Origin: Clostridia bacterium
Lineage (GTDB): Bacteria; Bacillota; Clostridia; RGIG6154
Direction: 5' to 3'
NCBI GenBank assembly: GCA_017626145.1
Contig: JAGAJK010000045.1
Span: 3,375 to 67,374, forward strand
DNA: 64,000 nucleotides
Part shown: positions 50,049-59,967 of the stretch, in pieces
Position numbering within the stretch: the stretch's first letter is position 1
Layout: the number at the start of each line of letters is the position of its first letter
Notes under the pieces: generated by a model
What the model was told of the DNA's origin: nothing
The model's database searches: none
Seen by the model: the letters and a program-made list of their open reading frames with translations, nothing else
Position numbers and translations under genes: made by a program

Positions 50049-53000
50049 TTGTTTCTGCCTCCTTTAAAAGCTGTATTATTTCATCCTTTTTCAGATTAAG
50101 CGGCTTTCTGAAATTGCCGCTATTTTGTTCAAAGCCGCATATGGGGCTGAAGCTACAGTAGGTACAGGAGCTTCCCATACCTGTCAGACAAGGGCTTGGA
50201 GATATTTCTCCTCCCAAAATACGGTCACCGAAGTCGGTGGCATTTTTTACAGCACGCTTTTCCAGAAGAAGATATTCTTCCTTTGAAAGAACGTTTCCCG
50301 AAAGAACGTCCTTTTTGTAGTCAACGTTGATAACCTCGGATTTATGGAAGTTTTCATCCATAATTTCCGCAACCTTTTCGTCGCCAACCATAAAACCGTT
50401 CATTTTCCGTTCATTGTACATTGCTTTTTCAAGCTCCTCTGTTGTTCCTGCCTTTTTATAATCAATTTCAGGAACGGCAAGTGTTAAGTAAAACATACCT
50501 GTTGCTTCACCGCTTTTGTTACGCATCGCTGCCGAATATAAAAGAAGCTGAAGCATAGAACCTTCATAAACCTTGCACAAATCAAGCGTTTTTTTGGAGG
50601 ATTTGTAATCTATAATACGGAAGCTGTCACCGTAGCAATCAACACGGTCTATAGTTCCGTAAAGTGTTAACTTGTTGCCATCAGGAGTAGTAACCTCGAA
50701 GGGTACTCCGTTATCCTTAAGCTTATATTCCGTTGCAACAGGGCGCATTTTTCCCGATTGAATATGACGTACAATTGTCCAGGCTGTTTCTATACCTGCG
50801 TTTTTCATTCTGTTTACAAAAAACGTCATACGTTTGTCCATAAGAGGAAACTTTCCTGTTAATTTATCAATGGCAGTCTGTGCGGATATTGACGCAATAC
50901 GGTCACTTTCCTCTTTGGTAATTTGCTCCCAATTTATCTTGTTTTCGAGAATATGGGAGGTAAAGCATTCTAAAATACGGTGCATAAATGTACCTGCATC
51001 CGTAACCTCGTAGCCGGAGGTTTGCTTTTCATTTAAAGAAAGTCCATATTTTACGAAGAATGAATAAGGACATTTTGCAAACTGTTCAAGTCTTGAAACC
51101 GTAGCATTGATTTTTCCGCGGTAAAGAATATTTGCGGTTTCTTTGCTTATTGTATCGGAAAGACGGTAATATTTAGCACTTAAAATACGGTTAAATGCAT
51201 TATATTTTCCGTGCTTTCCTTCAAACCATGCCATAAGGCTTTCTTTTTCAGCAGATTCACCCTTATCGGCAAAAGCGAAAACGGCCGCTTCAGGAGTAGT
51301 TATAAGTGATTCTAAGGAACGCTGTGATGCACTTTTTATATTTACAGATGGAAACATTTTTGTTAAGTCTTCTATAATTTCAGCTTTTTCGTTTGCTTTT
51401 CCGCTTTCAGAGATGTTAGGATAAGAAATTATGAGCTTTTCGGAAGGAACAGTTATAACAGAATACATTTTAAAGGGTTGTTCCATCGCTTTTTTTCTGT
51501 TGTCGGGAGCAAGAAGTATATTATTTCTTTCAAATATTCTTCTTTCAGTATCGGTTATTATACCCGTTCCGCTTATTGCAGGGGGGAAGGAGCCGGCTGT
51601 TGCACCTAAGATAAACAAAACCTTGATTTTGCTTAGTCTGCTGTCGGTAAAGCCTCCCGTTATAACTCTGTCACTTGAAACGGGGATAGAACCTGTTTTG
51701 CTTTGAGAAAGCATAGCACAAAGCATATCTTTAAATTTCGTAAGAGTGATTTTAGTGTTGCCCATACATATCTTAAACTGTTTAAGACAGTCATAAATAA
51801 CATTAAGTACGGCACCGAAGGTGGCACTTCTTTGTAATTCACCTTCCTTGAAAAGCTTGGAAGAAATTTTTTCGACCTTTTGTGAAAGCTGAATTTTCTC
51901 ACATAATTCTTCTATGGCAGAGCAAAATTCACCGGCAGTTTTTCCGCCGTTCAGTCTGTTTTTGAAGGGAAGTACAATTTCGGAAATCTTATTCTTTATA
52001 CAGTTGATTTTTTCAATATCGTATTTATCTGAAAAGTAGCTCCAGTCGTCACCTGATTGCCATTGGCGACCTTTTATGCCTGTGTGAATAAGGTAGTTTT
52101 CAAAAATTGCAATTTCATCGGCTTCGAGCCCGAAAAATCCGCTTTTGAGAAGGTTAATAACATCGTCAGAAGCGAAATTTGAAATACACATATTGCACAG
52201 ATTTACAAAAAAAGCACTCAGCGGATGAGAAGAAACACTTATTTTTGAATCTGTATAATAATCAATATCGTACCTTTTGAAGGTATCGGCAATAATGCCG
52301 TCGTAAACTGCCGGGTTTGAGGAAAGTACGGCAATATCACCAAATCTGTAGCCGTTGTTTTTTACCAGATTATAAATTTCCCAGGCACACATATCACATT
52401 CCGAGTAAGGTGTGTCGGCTGTGAAAATTTCAATATCAGTTACATCCTTGTCGTACACCTCGTTGGAAAATGAGTAATAATTCCTTTCAAGGAACTTCAG
52501 CCCGTCTGTATGTTTTTTATTGCCCTTTAAAACGGTGTCTTTACCCAATAAATCTGAGCTTACAAGTGATTTCAGCTTTTCGGCAGATGCAGCAATTGGT
52601 TCAAACAAGAATGAATTGTCATCGGAAAGGGTGAGGGTTATAAAAACATTTCTTGTGTTTTCAATCAAAGCTTTGATAACCGACATTTCTACGGAAGTAA
52701 AGCTTGAAAAACCGTCAATAAAAATGGTTGTAGCTTTAAGTTCTTCATTTTTGTAAATCATTTCGGAAAGTAAAGAAAGATTGTCTTCGCTGTCGCAGCC
52801 GAACTTACCGATTTCCTTAACATATTCTTTATAAAGCAGAGAAAGGTCACTAAATTTAAGTGCAGCTTTTCCTGTCAGAACAGAACCTGCTTTTTCTACA
52901 GTTGCAGGCTCTATGCTGTGTCTTTTGAATTCAGAAAAGGTTGAGAGTATCTGCCCTGAGGCTATGGCATATTTCTGTGCATTTTTAAACACAGTAAGCT

Positions 53001-53295
53001 TTTCGGAGTTTTCGGCAAGAAGTCTGTTTATAACAAGAGTCTTTCCGATAGAGGAAATATATTCACGTTTTTTACCGTTTTCCTGCTTGTAAAGTGAATG
53101 AAACAGACGGTTAAAGCTTAAAACGTTACAGTCTTTTCCAAGATAACCAAGTTTTTCAACAGCAAGAAGCTCCATAGAAAGTGAAGTTTGTTCAGGTACA
53201 ATTATTATACTTGTACCACCGTCGGATTTAATTTTTTCAAGACAGAGCATAGTCTTACCTGTACCTGCTCTTCCGTAAATAAGATTAAGTGCCAT
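50038..53295 (-). CDS. addB: helicase-exonuclease AddAB subunit AddB
   Basis: N-terminal GRAGTGKT. The C-terminal nuclease has the Cys cluster (CPYSFF ... C..C.....C). Overlaps the addA start by 11 nt. Start is ATG 53295 (MALNLIYGRAGTGKT) or TTG 53304. Confidence 0.9.
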   Translation of the reverse strand: MALNLIYGRAGTGKTMLCLEKIKSDGGTSIIIVPEQTSLSMELLAVEKLGYLGKDCNVLSFNRLFHSLYKQENGKKREYISSIGKTLVINRLLAENSEKLTVFKNAQKYAIASGQILSTFSEFKRHSIEPATVEKAGSVLTGKAALKFSDLSLLYKEYVKEIGKFGCDSEDNLSLLSEMIYKNEELKATTIFIDGFSSFTSVEMSVIKALIENTRNVFITLTLSDDNSFLFEPIAASAEKLKSLVSSDLLGKDTVLKGNKKHTDGLKFLERNYYSFSNEVYDKDVTDIEIFTADTPYSECDMCAWEIYNLVKNNGYRFGDIAVLSSNPAVYDGIIADTFKRYDIDYYTDSKISVSSHPLSAFFVNLCNMCISNFASDDVINLLKSGFFGLEADEIAIFENYLIHTGIKGRQWQSGDDWSYFSDKYDIEKINCIKNKISEIVLPFKNRLNGGKTAGEFCSAIEELCEKIQLSQKVEKISSKLFKEGELQRSATFGAVLNVIYDCLKQFKICMGNTKITLTKFKDMLCAMLSQSKTGSIPVSSDRVITGGFTDSRLSKIKVLFILGATAGSFPPAISGTGIITDTERRIFERNNILLAPDNRKKAMEQPFKMYSVITVPSEKLIISYPNISESGKANEKAEIIEDLTKMFPSVNIKSASQRSLESLITTPEAAVFAFADKGESAEKESLMAWFEGKHGKYNAFNRILSAKYYRLSDTISKETANILYRGKINATVSRLEQFAKCPYSFFVKYGLSLNEKQTSGYEVTDAGTFMHRILECFTSHILENKINWEQITKEESDRIASISAQTAIDKLTGKFPLMDKRMTFFVNRMKNAGIETAWTIVRHIQSGKMRPVATEYKLKDNGVPFEVTTPDGNKLTLYGTIDRVDCYGDSFRIIDYKSSKKTLDLCKVYEGSMLQLLLYSAAMRNKSGEATGMFYLTLAVPEIDYKKAGTTEELEKAMYNERKMNGFMVGDEKVAEIMDENFHKSEVINVDYKKDVLSGNVLSKEEYLLLEKRAVKNATDFGDRILGGEISPSPCLTGMGSSCTYCSFSPICGFEQNSGNFRKPLNLKKDEIIQLLKEAETNEQ

Positions 53296-53320
53296 AACTG
53301 CCAATCACTCCTTTGATTTA

Positions 53321-53349
53321 ATTATAGCAAAAAAACGTGGAATTTACAA
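53321..53349 (-). promoter_or_regulatory. sigma-A type promoter of addBA
   Basis: Minus strand: TTGTAA, a 17-nt spacer, then TATAAT. Confidence 0.55.
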
Positions 53350-53350
53350 T

Positions 53351-53378
53351 ATAAAAAATCTGCTTAAGCAGATTTCAG
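53351..53378 (-). terminator. intrinsic terminator after the small GGDEF-like gene
   Basis: Minus strand: AAATCTGC-TTAA-GCAGATTT, followed by a T-run. Confidence 0.65.
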
Positions 53379-53387
53379 ATGATACTT

Positions 53388-53795
53388 TTATTTTAAATTT
53401 TTTAATAATTCGGAATAGCTTTTACCTTGTTCGGGAAATATGCTTTTGACAAATGAAAAGTCGTTCTTATGTAAAATATTGGAATTAAATATCATTTTAA
53501 TTATGTCGTCAGGATTTGTAAAAGGTGTGTCAAGGTGGATAAGTACAATGAAACGGTTTACACTAAAGGTGGCAGGATAAGAAAGCTTAAGTAAGCGATT
53601 GCTTATTTCAAGAATTTTTCTGTTTTCGGGGACAGTGTTGAAGCAGATGGTTATCAAAGCGTATCTGCTATGTTTGTTGTTATATAATAAATCATTTACA
53701 GTCTGTTCAAAATAATCTTTGCTGTATAGTCCGGTGAAAAGGTCGAACTTAATGTTTTCCCTGATACTATAGCTGTTCGGTGTTTTGTTCATCAT
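53388..53795 (-). CDS. small degenerate GGDEF-like domain protein
   Basis: 135 aa starting at MMNK behind AAGGAGAAG. DLFTGLYSKDYFEQ resembles the start of a GGDEF domain, but no GG(D/E)EF motif is present. The track ORF's extension to 54029 is rejected. Confidence 0.5.
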   Translation of the reverse strand: MMNKTPNSYSIRENIKFDLFTGLYSKDYFEQTVNDLLYNNKHSRYALITICFNTVPENRKILEISNRLLKLSYPATFSVNRFIVLIHLDTPFTNPDDIIKMIFNSNILHKNDFSFVKSIFPEQGKSYSELLKNLK

Positions 53796-53919
53796 CGTTT
53801 CTTCTCCTTGGCATAGTGTAAGCACAGTATAACATAAATTTTCAAAAATCGCAATACAAATGTTATGCATACTGCAAACAAAACTATAAATATAATGGTA
53901 TTGCGAGGGTGATGCATAT

Positions 53920-54093
53920 ATGAAAAAATTCAAAATTCCGTCGGTTCCGCCAACCACCAATAAATGTATAAGATTTCCAAATGATGTTATTGAGCAGGTG
54001 GAGGAAGCGATACAGGGAAAAAATTGCACATTTACCGCTTTTGTTATTGAAGCAGTAAAGGTAGCACTTGAAAATTTAACTGAAGAAAATTAA
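53920..54093 (+). CDS. small ribbon-helix-helix-like protein (57 aa)
   Basis: Absent from the ORF track because it is under 60 aa. My translation is MKKFKIPSVPPTTNKCIRFPNDVIEQVEEAIQGKNCTFTAFVIEAVKVALENLTEEN, with GAGGGTGA 7 nt upstream. The beta-strand then two-helix pattern is typical of Arc/CopG-type proteins. Confidence 0.6.
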   Translation: MKKFKIPSVPPTTNKCIRFPNDVIEQVEEAIQGKNCTFTAFVIEAVKVALENLTEEN

Positions 54094-54120
54094 AACAGGC
54101 AGAATCATCTGCCTGTTTTA
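54092..54120. terminator. bidirectional intrinsic terminator
   Basis: ACAGGCAGA-ATCA-TCTGCCTGT-TTT, flanked by an A-run. It overlaps both convergent stop codons. Confidence 0.75.
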
Positions 54121-55053
54121 ATTTTTAAAATTCATTCCCTGCAGTAAATTGTTATCATTCATAAATTTGTCGATACCGCCGAGAACGGCTATTTTGTTGA
54201 GGCTCCATTTGGGAGCAATTAAATTTTCCTTTGAACCGTCTCCGGTTATTCTCTCTATAACTGTCTCTTCGGGGAGATAACAAAGCTGACGGCATACAGT
54301 TTCAATGTAATCCTCCATAGTCATCGGGATAACAAGACCATTTTCGTAATCCTGTGCCATTTTTGTGTTTTTCATAATGTGAAGAAGATGTATTTTAACC
54401 CCGTCAGGCTTTAATTTACCCAATTCTTCTGCAGTTTTAACCATCATTTCTTTTGTTTCACCCGGAAGTCCGTTAATAATATGAACACATACGCGAATGC
54501 CTTTATCTTTAAGTCTTCTGTAACCGTCAAGAAAGGTTTTGTAATCATGACCGCGGTTTATAAGAGTGGCGGTTTCGTCAAATATGGTCTGCAGACCAAG
54601 CTCTACGGTTAAGTAAGTCTTTTTATTAAGTCTGTCAAGAAGGTTTATTTTATTTTCTTCAAGACAATCTGCACGTGTGGCAATACTTATTCCATTAACA
54701 TTTGATGAAAGTGCTTCGTTAAAAAGCTTGTCAAGCTTTGGGGTGGGAGCATAGGTGTTGGTGTTTGCCTGAAAGTATGCAATAATACCGACTTCGCCCC
54801 ATTTCACAAAAATACGTTCCTTTTCTTTTTCTATCTGCTCTTTTACTGATACATAAGAGGGGAGTGTAAATTCACTTGCACCGTTTGTGCAGTAGGTGCA
54901 TCCACCGAAAGAAACCCTGCCGTCAATATTAGGGCAGGAAAAGCCTGCATTTACCGAAGCCTTAAAAACCCTGCGTCCGAATTTTCGCAGGGTATAGTAA
55001 TTAAGTGTATGATATCTTTTATTATCGTTTGCGTATTTAAAAACAGGTATCAT
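54118..55053 (-). CDS. TIGR01212-family radical SAM protein
   Basis: Contains FSCPNIDGRVSFGGCTYC. I prefer the ATG at 55053 (MIPVFKYANDNKRYH, a family-typical N-terminus) over the track's GTG at 55089. Either start overlaps the upstream gene. Confidence 0.8.
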   Translation of the reverse strand: MIPVFKYANDNKRYHTLNYYTLRKFGRRVFKASVNAGFSCPNIDGRVSFGGCTYCTNGASEFTLPSYVSVKEQIEKEKERIFVKWGEVGIIAYFQANTNTYAPTPKLDKLFNEALSSNVNGISIATRADCLEENKINLLDRLNKKTYLTVELGLQTIFDETATLINRGHDYKTFLDGYRRLKDKGIRVCVHIINGLPGETKEMMVKTAEELGKLKPDGVKIHLLHIMKNTKMAQDYENGLVIPMTMEDYIETVCRQLCYLPEETVIERITGDGSKENLIAPKWSLNKIAVLGGIDKFMNDNNLLQGMNFKN

Positions 55054-55933
55054 TGAATTTTTTAATGTATTCTGCCGCAACGCCGTCACGTATTGAGCGT
55101 GTACAGAAATAAACCTCCTGTGTATCTGTTAATGACATAAGGGTTACAAGAGGGGAAAGACCGGCAACAATAATGTCCTTTCTTGCGTCCTCCATACCGA
55201 ATTTTTCGCTTCTTTCATTTACAGGCGTTATAAAAATTTCATCATAAAGCGTAAATGCCTGGTCCGAAGAAATTTTCTGCCCATCAGGGTCACCTTGTAT
55301 GCCGCTTGCTGAGGCAAGCGCCTTAACCGAGCCGCCCAAAGCAACAACCGGATAGGAATTTAAAGTAATAAAGCCCGTTTCCTTCAGTCTCTGCTCAAGA
55401 CAGCAAAGCATTTCTTCAACCCCATTTTTATCAGGCATAAATGCTTCATTTAAAACAACTGCCCCATAAGGCATACAAGTATGAGCCTTAAGTGCTTTAT
55501 TTTCTACAAGCGAAAGCTCAAAGCTTCCGCCACCTGTGTCAAGCACATAGTAGCTGTCAATTGAAACGGAGGTAGAAGCGGCGTACATTCCGTATTTTGC
55601 CTCTCTTTCACCGTCAATTATTTCTATGTCAATATTTGCTTCAGCTTTTACACGTTTTGTAAAAACAGATGCATTTTCTGCCCGACGCAGACTCTCGGTT
55701 GCAACGGCAATAACTGTATTGATTTTGTGAGAATCAATGTAATTTCTGAAATCCTTAAGAGCAGAAACCGTTCTTTCAATCGGTTCATCCTTTAAAAGAT
55801 TGTCAGAATTGAGTCCCTGCGCAAGACGTGTATTAAGTCTTTTTCTGTCGTGCTCGCAAAAGCCGTTTTCATCGGAGTAAATTCCCATTCTTACGGAATT
55901 TGAGCCAATATCTATAACTGCAAATTTTTCCAT
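55037..55933 (-). CDS. Ppx/GppA family phosphatase
   Basis: 298 aa (AVIDIGSNSVRM and DTGGGS ASKHA-fold motifs). Confidence 0.85.
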   Translation of the reverse strand: MEKFAVIDIGSNSVRMGIYSDENGFCEHDRKRLNTRLAQGLNSDNLLKDEPIERTVSALKDFRNYIDSHKINTVIAVATESLRRAENASVFTKRVKAEANIDIEIIDGEREAKYGMYAASTSVSIDSYYVLDTGGGSFELSLVENKALKAHTCMPYGAVVLNEAFMPDKNGVEEMLCCLEQRLKETGFITLNSYPVVALGGSVKALASASGIQGDPDGQKISSDQAFTLYDEIFITPVNERSEKFGMEDARKDIIVAGLSPLVTLMSLTDTQEVYFCTRSIRDGVAAEYIKKFNDTCF

Positions 55934-57102
55934 TAATTAATTCCCATTTCCTTCAAAAACTCTTCAATTCTGTCGAGTGCTTTTTGGATTTTCTCAATTG
56001 AATAAGCGTAGGATACACGAACAAAGCCTTCTCCCGATTCACCGAAGGAGTTACCCGGAATAACAGCAACGTGCTTCTTTTCCAGCAGAGTTTTACAGAA
56101 TGTTTCTGAATTCATACCTGTATTTTTGATACAGGGGAATACGTAAAACGCACCCTGCGCTTCAAAACAGTCAAGACCGATACTGTTGAAACGGTCTATT
56201 ATGTATCTTCGTCTTTCATCATATTTTTCAGCCATATATTCAATATCAGCATCACCGTTTTTCAAAGCCTCAATAGCGGCATACTGACTTGATGTGGGTG
56301 CTGACATAATAGCAAACTGATGAATTTTTGTCATAGCTTTTATTATAATTTCGTCGCCTAAAGCATAACCAAGTCTCCAGCCTGTCATAGCATAGCACTT
56401 TGAAAAACCACCGATAACAACAGTTCTTTCTTTCATACTTTCAATATTTGCAATTGAAAAATGCTTTGTACCGTATGTAAGCTCTGCGTAAATTTCATCA
56501 GACAGAACAAGGATTTCCGTATCCTCAAGCACCTTTGCAATTTCCTTTAATTCCTTTTCGGTCATAATTGCACCGGTTGGATTATTCGGGTAGGGAAGAA
56601 TAAGTAATTTTGTTTTTGGGGTAATAGCTTCCTTTAATGCCTCAGCTGTAAGCTTGAAATTATTGTCTGCTGTGGTAACAAGTGCAACGGGAATACCGCC
56701 TGCAAGTCTTACACAAGGCTCGTAGCAAACAAAGCAGGGCTCCGGTATAATAACCTCGTCGCCTGACTGAACTGTAGCACGTATGCACGCATCAATCGCT
56801 TCGCTGCCGCCAACGGTAACCAAAACATTCTGTGGTGCATATGAAAGGTCAAAACGTCTTTCCATATACGTACATATTTCATGTCTTAATTCAATGAGAC
56901 CTGAGTTTGATGTGTAATAAGTCTGCCCTTTTTCAAGAGAAGCAATGCCTGCATCTCTTATGTGCCAGGGTGTAACAAAGTCGGGTTCACCGATACCAAG
57001 AGAAATAACGTCAGTCATTTCTGCCGCAATATCAAAAAACTTACGGATACCCGACGGTTTTATATCGGTAACAACCGATGAAATTTTCTTTTCAAGATTC
57101 AA
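55933..57102 (-). CDS. pyridoxal phosphate-dependent aminotransferase (class I/II)
   Basis: 389 aa (PSGIRKFFD, NPTG, SFSKCYAMTGWRLGY). The TTG start overlaps the Lrp stop (TTGA). Confidence 0.88.
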   Translation of the reverse strand: MNLEKKISSVVTDIKPSGIRKFFDIAAEMTDVISLGIGEPDFVTPWHIRDAGIASLEKGQTYYTSNSGLIELRHEICTYMERRFDLSYAPQNVLVTVGGSEAIDACIRATVQSGDEVIIPEPCFVCYEPCVRLAGGIPVALVTTADNNFKLTAEALKEAITPKTKLLILPYPNNPTGAIMTEKELKEIAKVLEDTEILVLSDEIYAELTYGTKHFSIANIESMKERTVVIGGFSKCYAMTGWRLGYALGDEIIIKAMTKIHQFAIMSAPTSSQYAAIEALKNGDADIEYMAEKYDERRRYIIDRFNSIGLDCFEAQGAFYVFPCIKNTGMNSETFCKTLLEKKHVAVIPGNSFGESGEGFVRVSYAYSIEKIQKALDRIEEFLKEMGIN

Positions 57103-57581
57103 AGGGTAATCACCTGCCTGCTGTCGGGTGCTTCATTATTGAGCATAAATCCGTCTTCTTTATATTTTCTTAAAATAAAGTGTGTAGTAGTCGAGGTAAC
57201 ACCTTCAAGTGTTGCAAATTTTTCAGCAACAAAAAGAGCAACCTCTTTCATACTTTCGCCCTGTACGGAAACAAATAAATCATAACCGCCTGACATAAGG
57301 TAAACTGTTTTAACCTGTGGGAACTGACATATTCTTTCTGCAATTCTGTCAAAGCCTCTGCCTGCCTGAGGAGCAATTTTAAGCTCAATAAAAACAGTAG
57401 GTGCAGATTCTGTATCATATTTGTCCCAGTTTATAACAGCCTGATATCCGGCAATTATGCCGTTTTCTTCAAATTCGGCAATTTTTGCTTTAACCGTAGT
57501 AGTATCAAGTCCTGTTTTTTCAGCAATTTTTTCAGGTGTCAGAGTACTGTCCGACTGTAATATTTCAAGAATTTCTTTCAT
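57099..57581 (-). CDS. Lrp/AsnC family transcriptional regulator
   Basis: 160 aa. N-terminal HTH and a C-terminal RAM-like domain. Confidence 0.85.
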   Translation of the reverse strand: MKEILEILQSDSTLTPEKIAEKTGLDTTTVKAKIAEFEENGIIAGYQAVINWDKYDTESAPTVFIELKIAPQAGRGFDRIAERICQFPQVKTVYLMSGGYDLFVSVQGESMKEVALFVAEKFATLEGVTSTTTHFILRKYKEDGFMLNNEAPDSRQVITL

Positions 57582-57607
57582 TATATTCTCAACCTTTCTT
57601 TGTTTGA

Positions 57608-58036
57608 TTATATGTCTGTTTTTTCATCCTTTGAAGCATTTATCATAATATCAAGCTCGCTTTGGTACTTATTTACAGAAGTCATAAGATTTGAACGGAG
57701 CTGTTTGATTTCCTCATTAAGCTTTTTAAGCACAAGGGAAGAATGCTTGATTTCGTTGTCAATTTCTTTTTTACGGCTAAGTGCTTCTTTTTCGGCTTCT
57801 GCAATAATGTCGTGAGCCTTTTTCTCAGCATTAAGCAATGCATTTCCTACAAATCTGTTTTTTTCCTGATAATCGTCGAGTTTTGTCTGAAGCTCTTTAT
57901 TTTCCTTTTTAAGGTCGCTTATTAAATCGTCCTTTTCATCAAGAGCTCTCTGTGTTTCGGCACTGTAATCGTTAAGGTACTGTACTACATCCTTCTTTTT
58001 AAAACCGAATAAACCTTTTCTGAATTTCTTATTCAT
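57608..58036 (-). CDS. DivIVA domain-containing protein
   Basis: 142 aa. F.KGLFGFKKKDVVQYL is a DivIVA N-terminal motif, followed by coiled-coil sequence. The start overlaps the kinase stop by 8 nt (ATGAATAA). Confidence 0.8.
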   Translation of the reverse strand: MNKKFRKGLFGFKKKDVVQYLNDYSAETQRALDEKDDLISDLKKENKELQTKLDDYQEKNRFVGNALLNAEKKAHDIIAEAEKEALSRKKEIDNEIKHSSLVLKKLNEEIKQLRSNLMTSVNKYQSELDIMINASKDEKTDI

Positions 58037-59822
58037 CTTTTTTATCCTCCGTGTGCTTTAAAGGTAATTTGATGGTAACCGCAGTACCTTTATTATAGAT
58101 ACTGTCAATGTGGATTGAACCCCCGTGAGCTTCCGTGATTTCCTTGGCAATTGCAAGCCCAAGTCCTGTTCCGCCCTGCTTTCTTGAACGTGCCTTATCG
58201 ACACGGTAAAATCTTTCGAAAAGCTTTGGCAGGTCTTTTTTGTCAATACCCATACCTGTGTCGGTTACCTTGATATAGGCAAAATCCTTCTGCTGACCTG
58301 TTATGATACTTATAGTACCCTTTTCAGGTGTATATTTGATAGCATTTGAAACAATGTTGACAATAACCTGATTTATTCTGTCCCTGTCAAGAAAAACAGA
58401 TATATTTTTTCCACTTTCAATGAAGGTAAGAATCTGGTTTTTCTTTTTAGCTTCAATGCTCATTGTGTTAATTACATCGTTGACAAATTTATTAAGGTTG
58501 ACTTTTTCAAACTTAAGTCCCGATTTAGAGCTATCAAGCTGAGAAAGAACAAGTAAATCCTGAACAAGACGAGCCATACGGTCAGCTTCCTTGTTGATAA
58601 CTCCCAAAAAGTTTTTCTGAATTTCAGGGTCATCGATTTCGTTGTCCAGCAAGGTTTCAGAATAGCTTTTTATATTTGTAATAGGAGTTCTCAGCTCGTG
58701 GGAAACGTTAGCAACAAATTCTCTTCTTGATAAATCAAGCTTCTGCTGAACGGTAACGTCCTGGAACACGGCTATAATACCTTCGGTTACCATAGATTCT
58801 GTCTTGTAAGGAGCGAAACGCAGCTTGATTGCAGTATCACCTACCGCAAATTCTTCGCTGATACCCTCTTTGTTGTTAAGAACCTCATTGAAATCAAGCT
58901 CAAGTCCGTATCTTTCGAAAAACTCAGAAAAGCTGTAATGGACTCTTCTGTCTACAGAAAGCATTTTTACCGCCGCAGGATTTATATGAGTGGATTTCCC
59001 TTTTGCGTCAAAAGCAATAACTCCGTCTGCCATACTTTTAAGAATTACTTCAATTTTGTCCTTTTCTGTCGATATTTCATCAAGGTTACTTTTAAGCTTT
59101 GCAGCCATTATATTAAAGGTTTCGGTAAGACGGCTTATTTCATCGTCACCTTTAGCTTCAATTACCGTATCAAATTTGCCCTCCGCCATTTTTCTTGCTT
59201 TATGTGTAAGAGTACGGATAGGAGCGGTAATGGTTCTGCTCATAAATATGCCGATGAAAAGTGCAAGGAGTGCACCGTAAAGAACAGACTGCACTATAAC
59301 TCCGAACATTTTATCTGTAATAGCGCTTACTTCGTCTTTGTTATCACGTACATATATAATGTATCTTACACCGTTATCGTCTGTAACAGGCCAGGCATAA
59401 TCCATAAAAGGGTCCTTTGGCTTTATTTCATCACCGGGCTGTCCTGACATAGCTGTTATTATATTATCTGTAATATCAAGCTGTGAATCGGCCTCAATAC
59501 TTCCACCCAGTACATCTGCATTTTCGTCAAGCACAAAATAATTCCTGTTGGCATTTATGCCGAGTCTGTTGGAAGCAAAGGTATCCATTACCTCTAAAAC
59601 CTTTTCGTTTGGATTTTCTTCGGCGAGTGCAAGTGTAAGAGCTTTGGAAATACTGCCGTCAAACTGTGTGTTCATAGTATCCTGAAACTGTTGCCGGTAA
59701 ATGGAGCGGATACTGTTGAAAAGAACAGTTCCCGTGGTTACCATAACCGCAAGCACCAGGAGTATGAAAATTAAAACAAGACGGAAACTCAGCTTATGAG
59801 AATTTATCCTGATTTTCTTCAA
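58029..59822 (-). CDS. sensor histidine kinase (TM-extracellular-TM-HAMP-PAS-HisKA-HATPase, WalK/PhoR-like)
   Basis: 597 aa (FVANVSHELRTPIT H-box, N, G1 DTGMGI and G2 GGTGLGL boxes). TTG start. Confidence 0.88.
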   Translation of the reverse strand: MKKIRINSHKLSFRLVLIFILLVLAVMVTTGTVLFNSIRSIYRQQFQDTMNTQFDGSISKALTLALAEENPNEKVLEVMDTFASNRLGINANRNYFVLDENADVLGGSIEADSQLDITDNIITAMSGQPGDEIKPKDPFMDYAWPVTDDNGVRYIIYVRDNKDEVSAITDKMFGVIVQSVLYGALLALFIGIFMSRTITAPIRTLTHKARKMAEGKFDTVIEAKGDDEISRLTETFNIMAAKLKSNLDEISTEKDKIEVILKSMADGVIAFDAKGKSTHINPAAVKMLSVDRRVHYSFSEFFERYGLELDFNEVLNNKEGISEEFAVGDTAIKLRFAPYKTESMVTEGIIAVFQDVTVQQKLDLSRREFVANVSHELRTPITNIKSYSETLLDNEIDDPEIQKNFLGVINKEADRMARLVQDLLVLSQLDSSKSGLKFEKVNLNKFVNDVINTMSIEAKKKNQILTFIESGKNISVFLDRDRINQVIVNIVSNAIKYTPEKGTISIITGQQKDFAYIKVTDTGMGIDKKDLPKLFERFYRVDKARSRKQGGTGLGLAIAKEITEAHGGSIHIDSIYNKGTAVTIKLPLKHTEDKKDE

Positions 59823-59931
59823 TCGTAATCACCCTTATAAATATTACTTCTATAATATCATATTTATAATATATTTGTCAATTTAAAACGTATAATGAAA
59901 TTAAAAGTTATAAAAAAATCTTCAAAAGGTA

Positions 59932-59960
59932 TTGACAAAACATAAAAAGAGTGGTATCAT
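59932..59960 (+). promoter_or_regulatory. sigma-A type promoter of infC-rpmI-rplT (extended -10)
   Basis: TTGACA, a 17-nt spacer ending in TGG, then TATCAT. Confidence 0.7.
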
Positions 59961-59967
59961 AACCGTA

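Noticed and set aside
53796-54029. N-terminal 78-aa extension of the minus-strand ORF 53388..54029
   Set aside because: The extension is Cys/Ile/Phe-rich with no RBS. It is antisense to a well-formed 57-aa plus-strand gene. A strong RBS with ATG exists at 53795.
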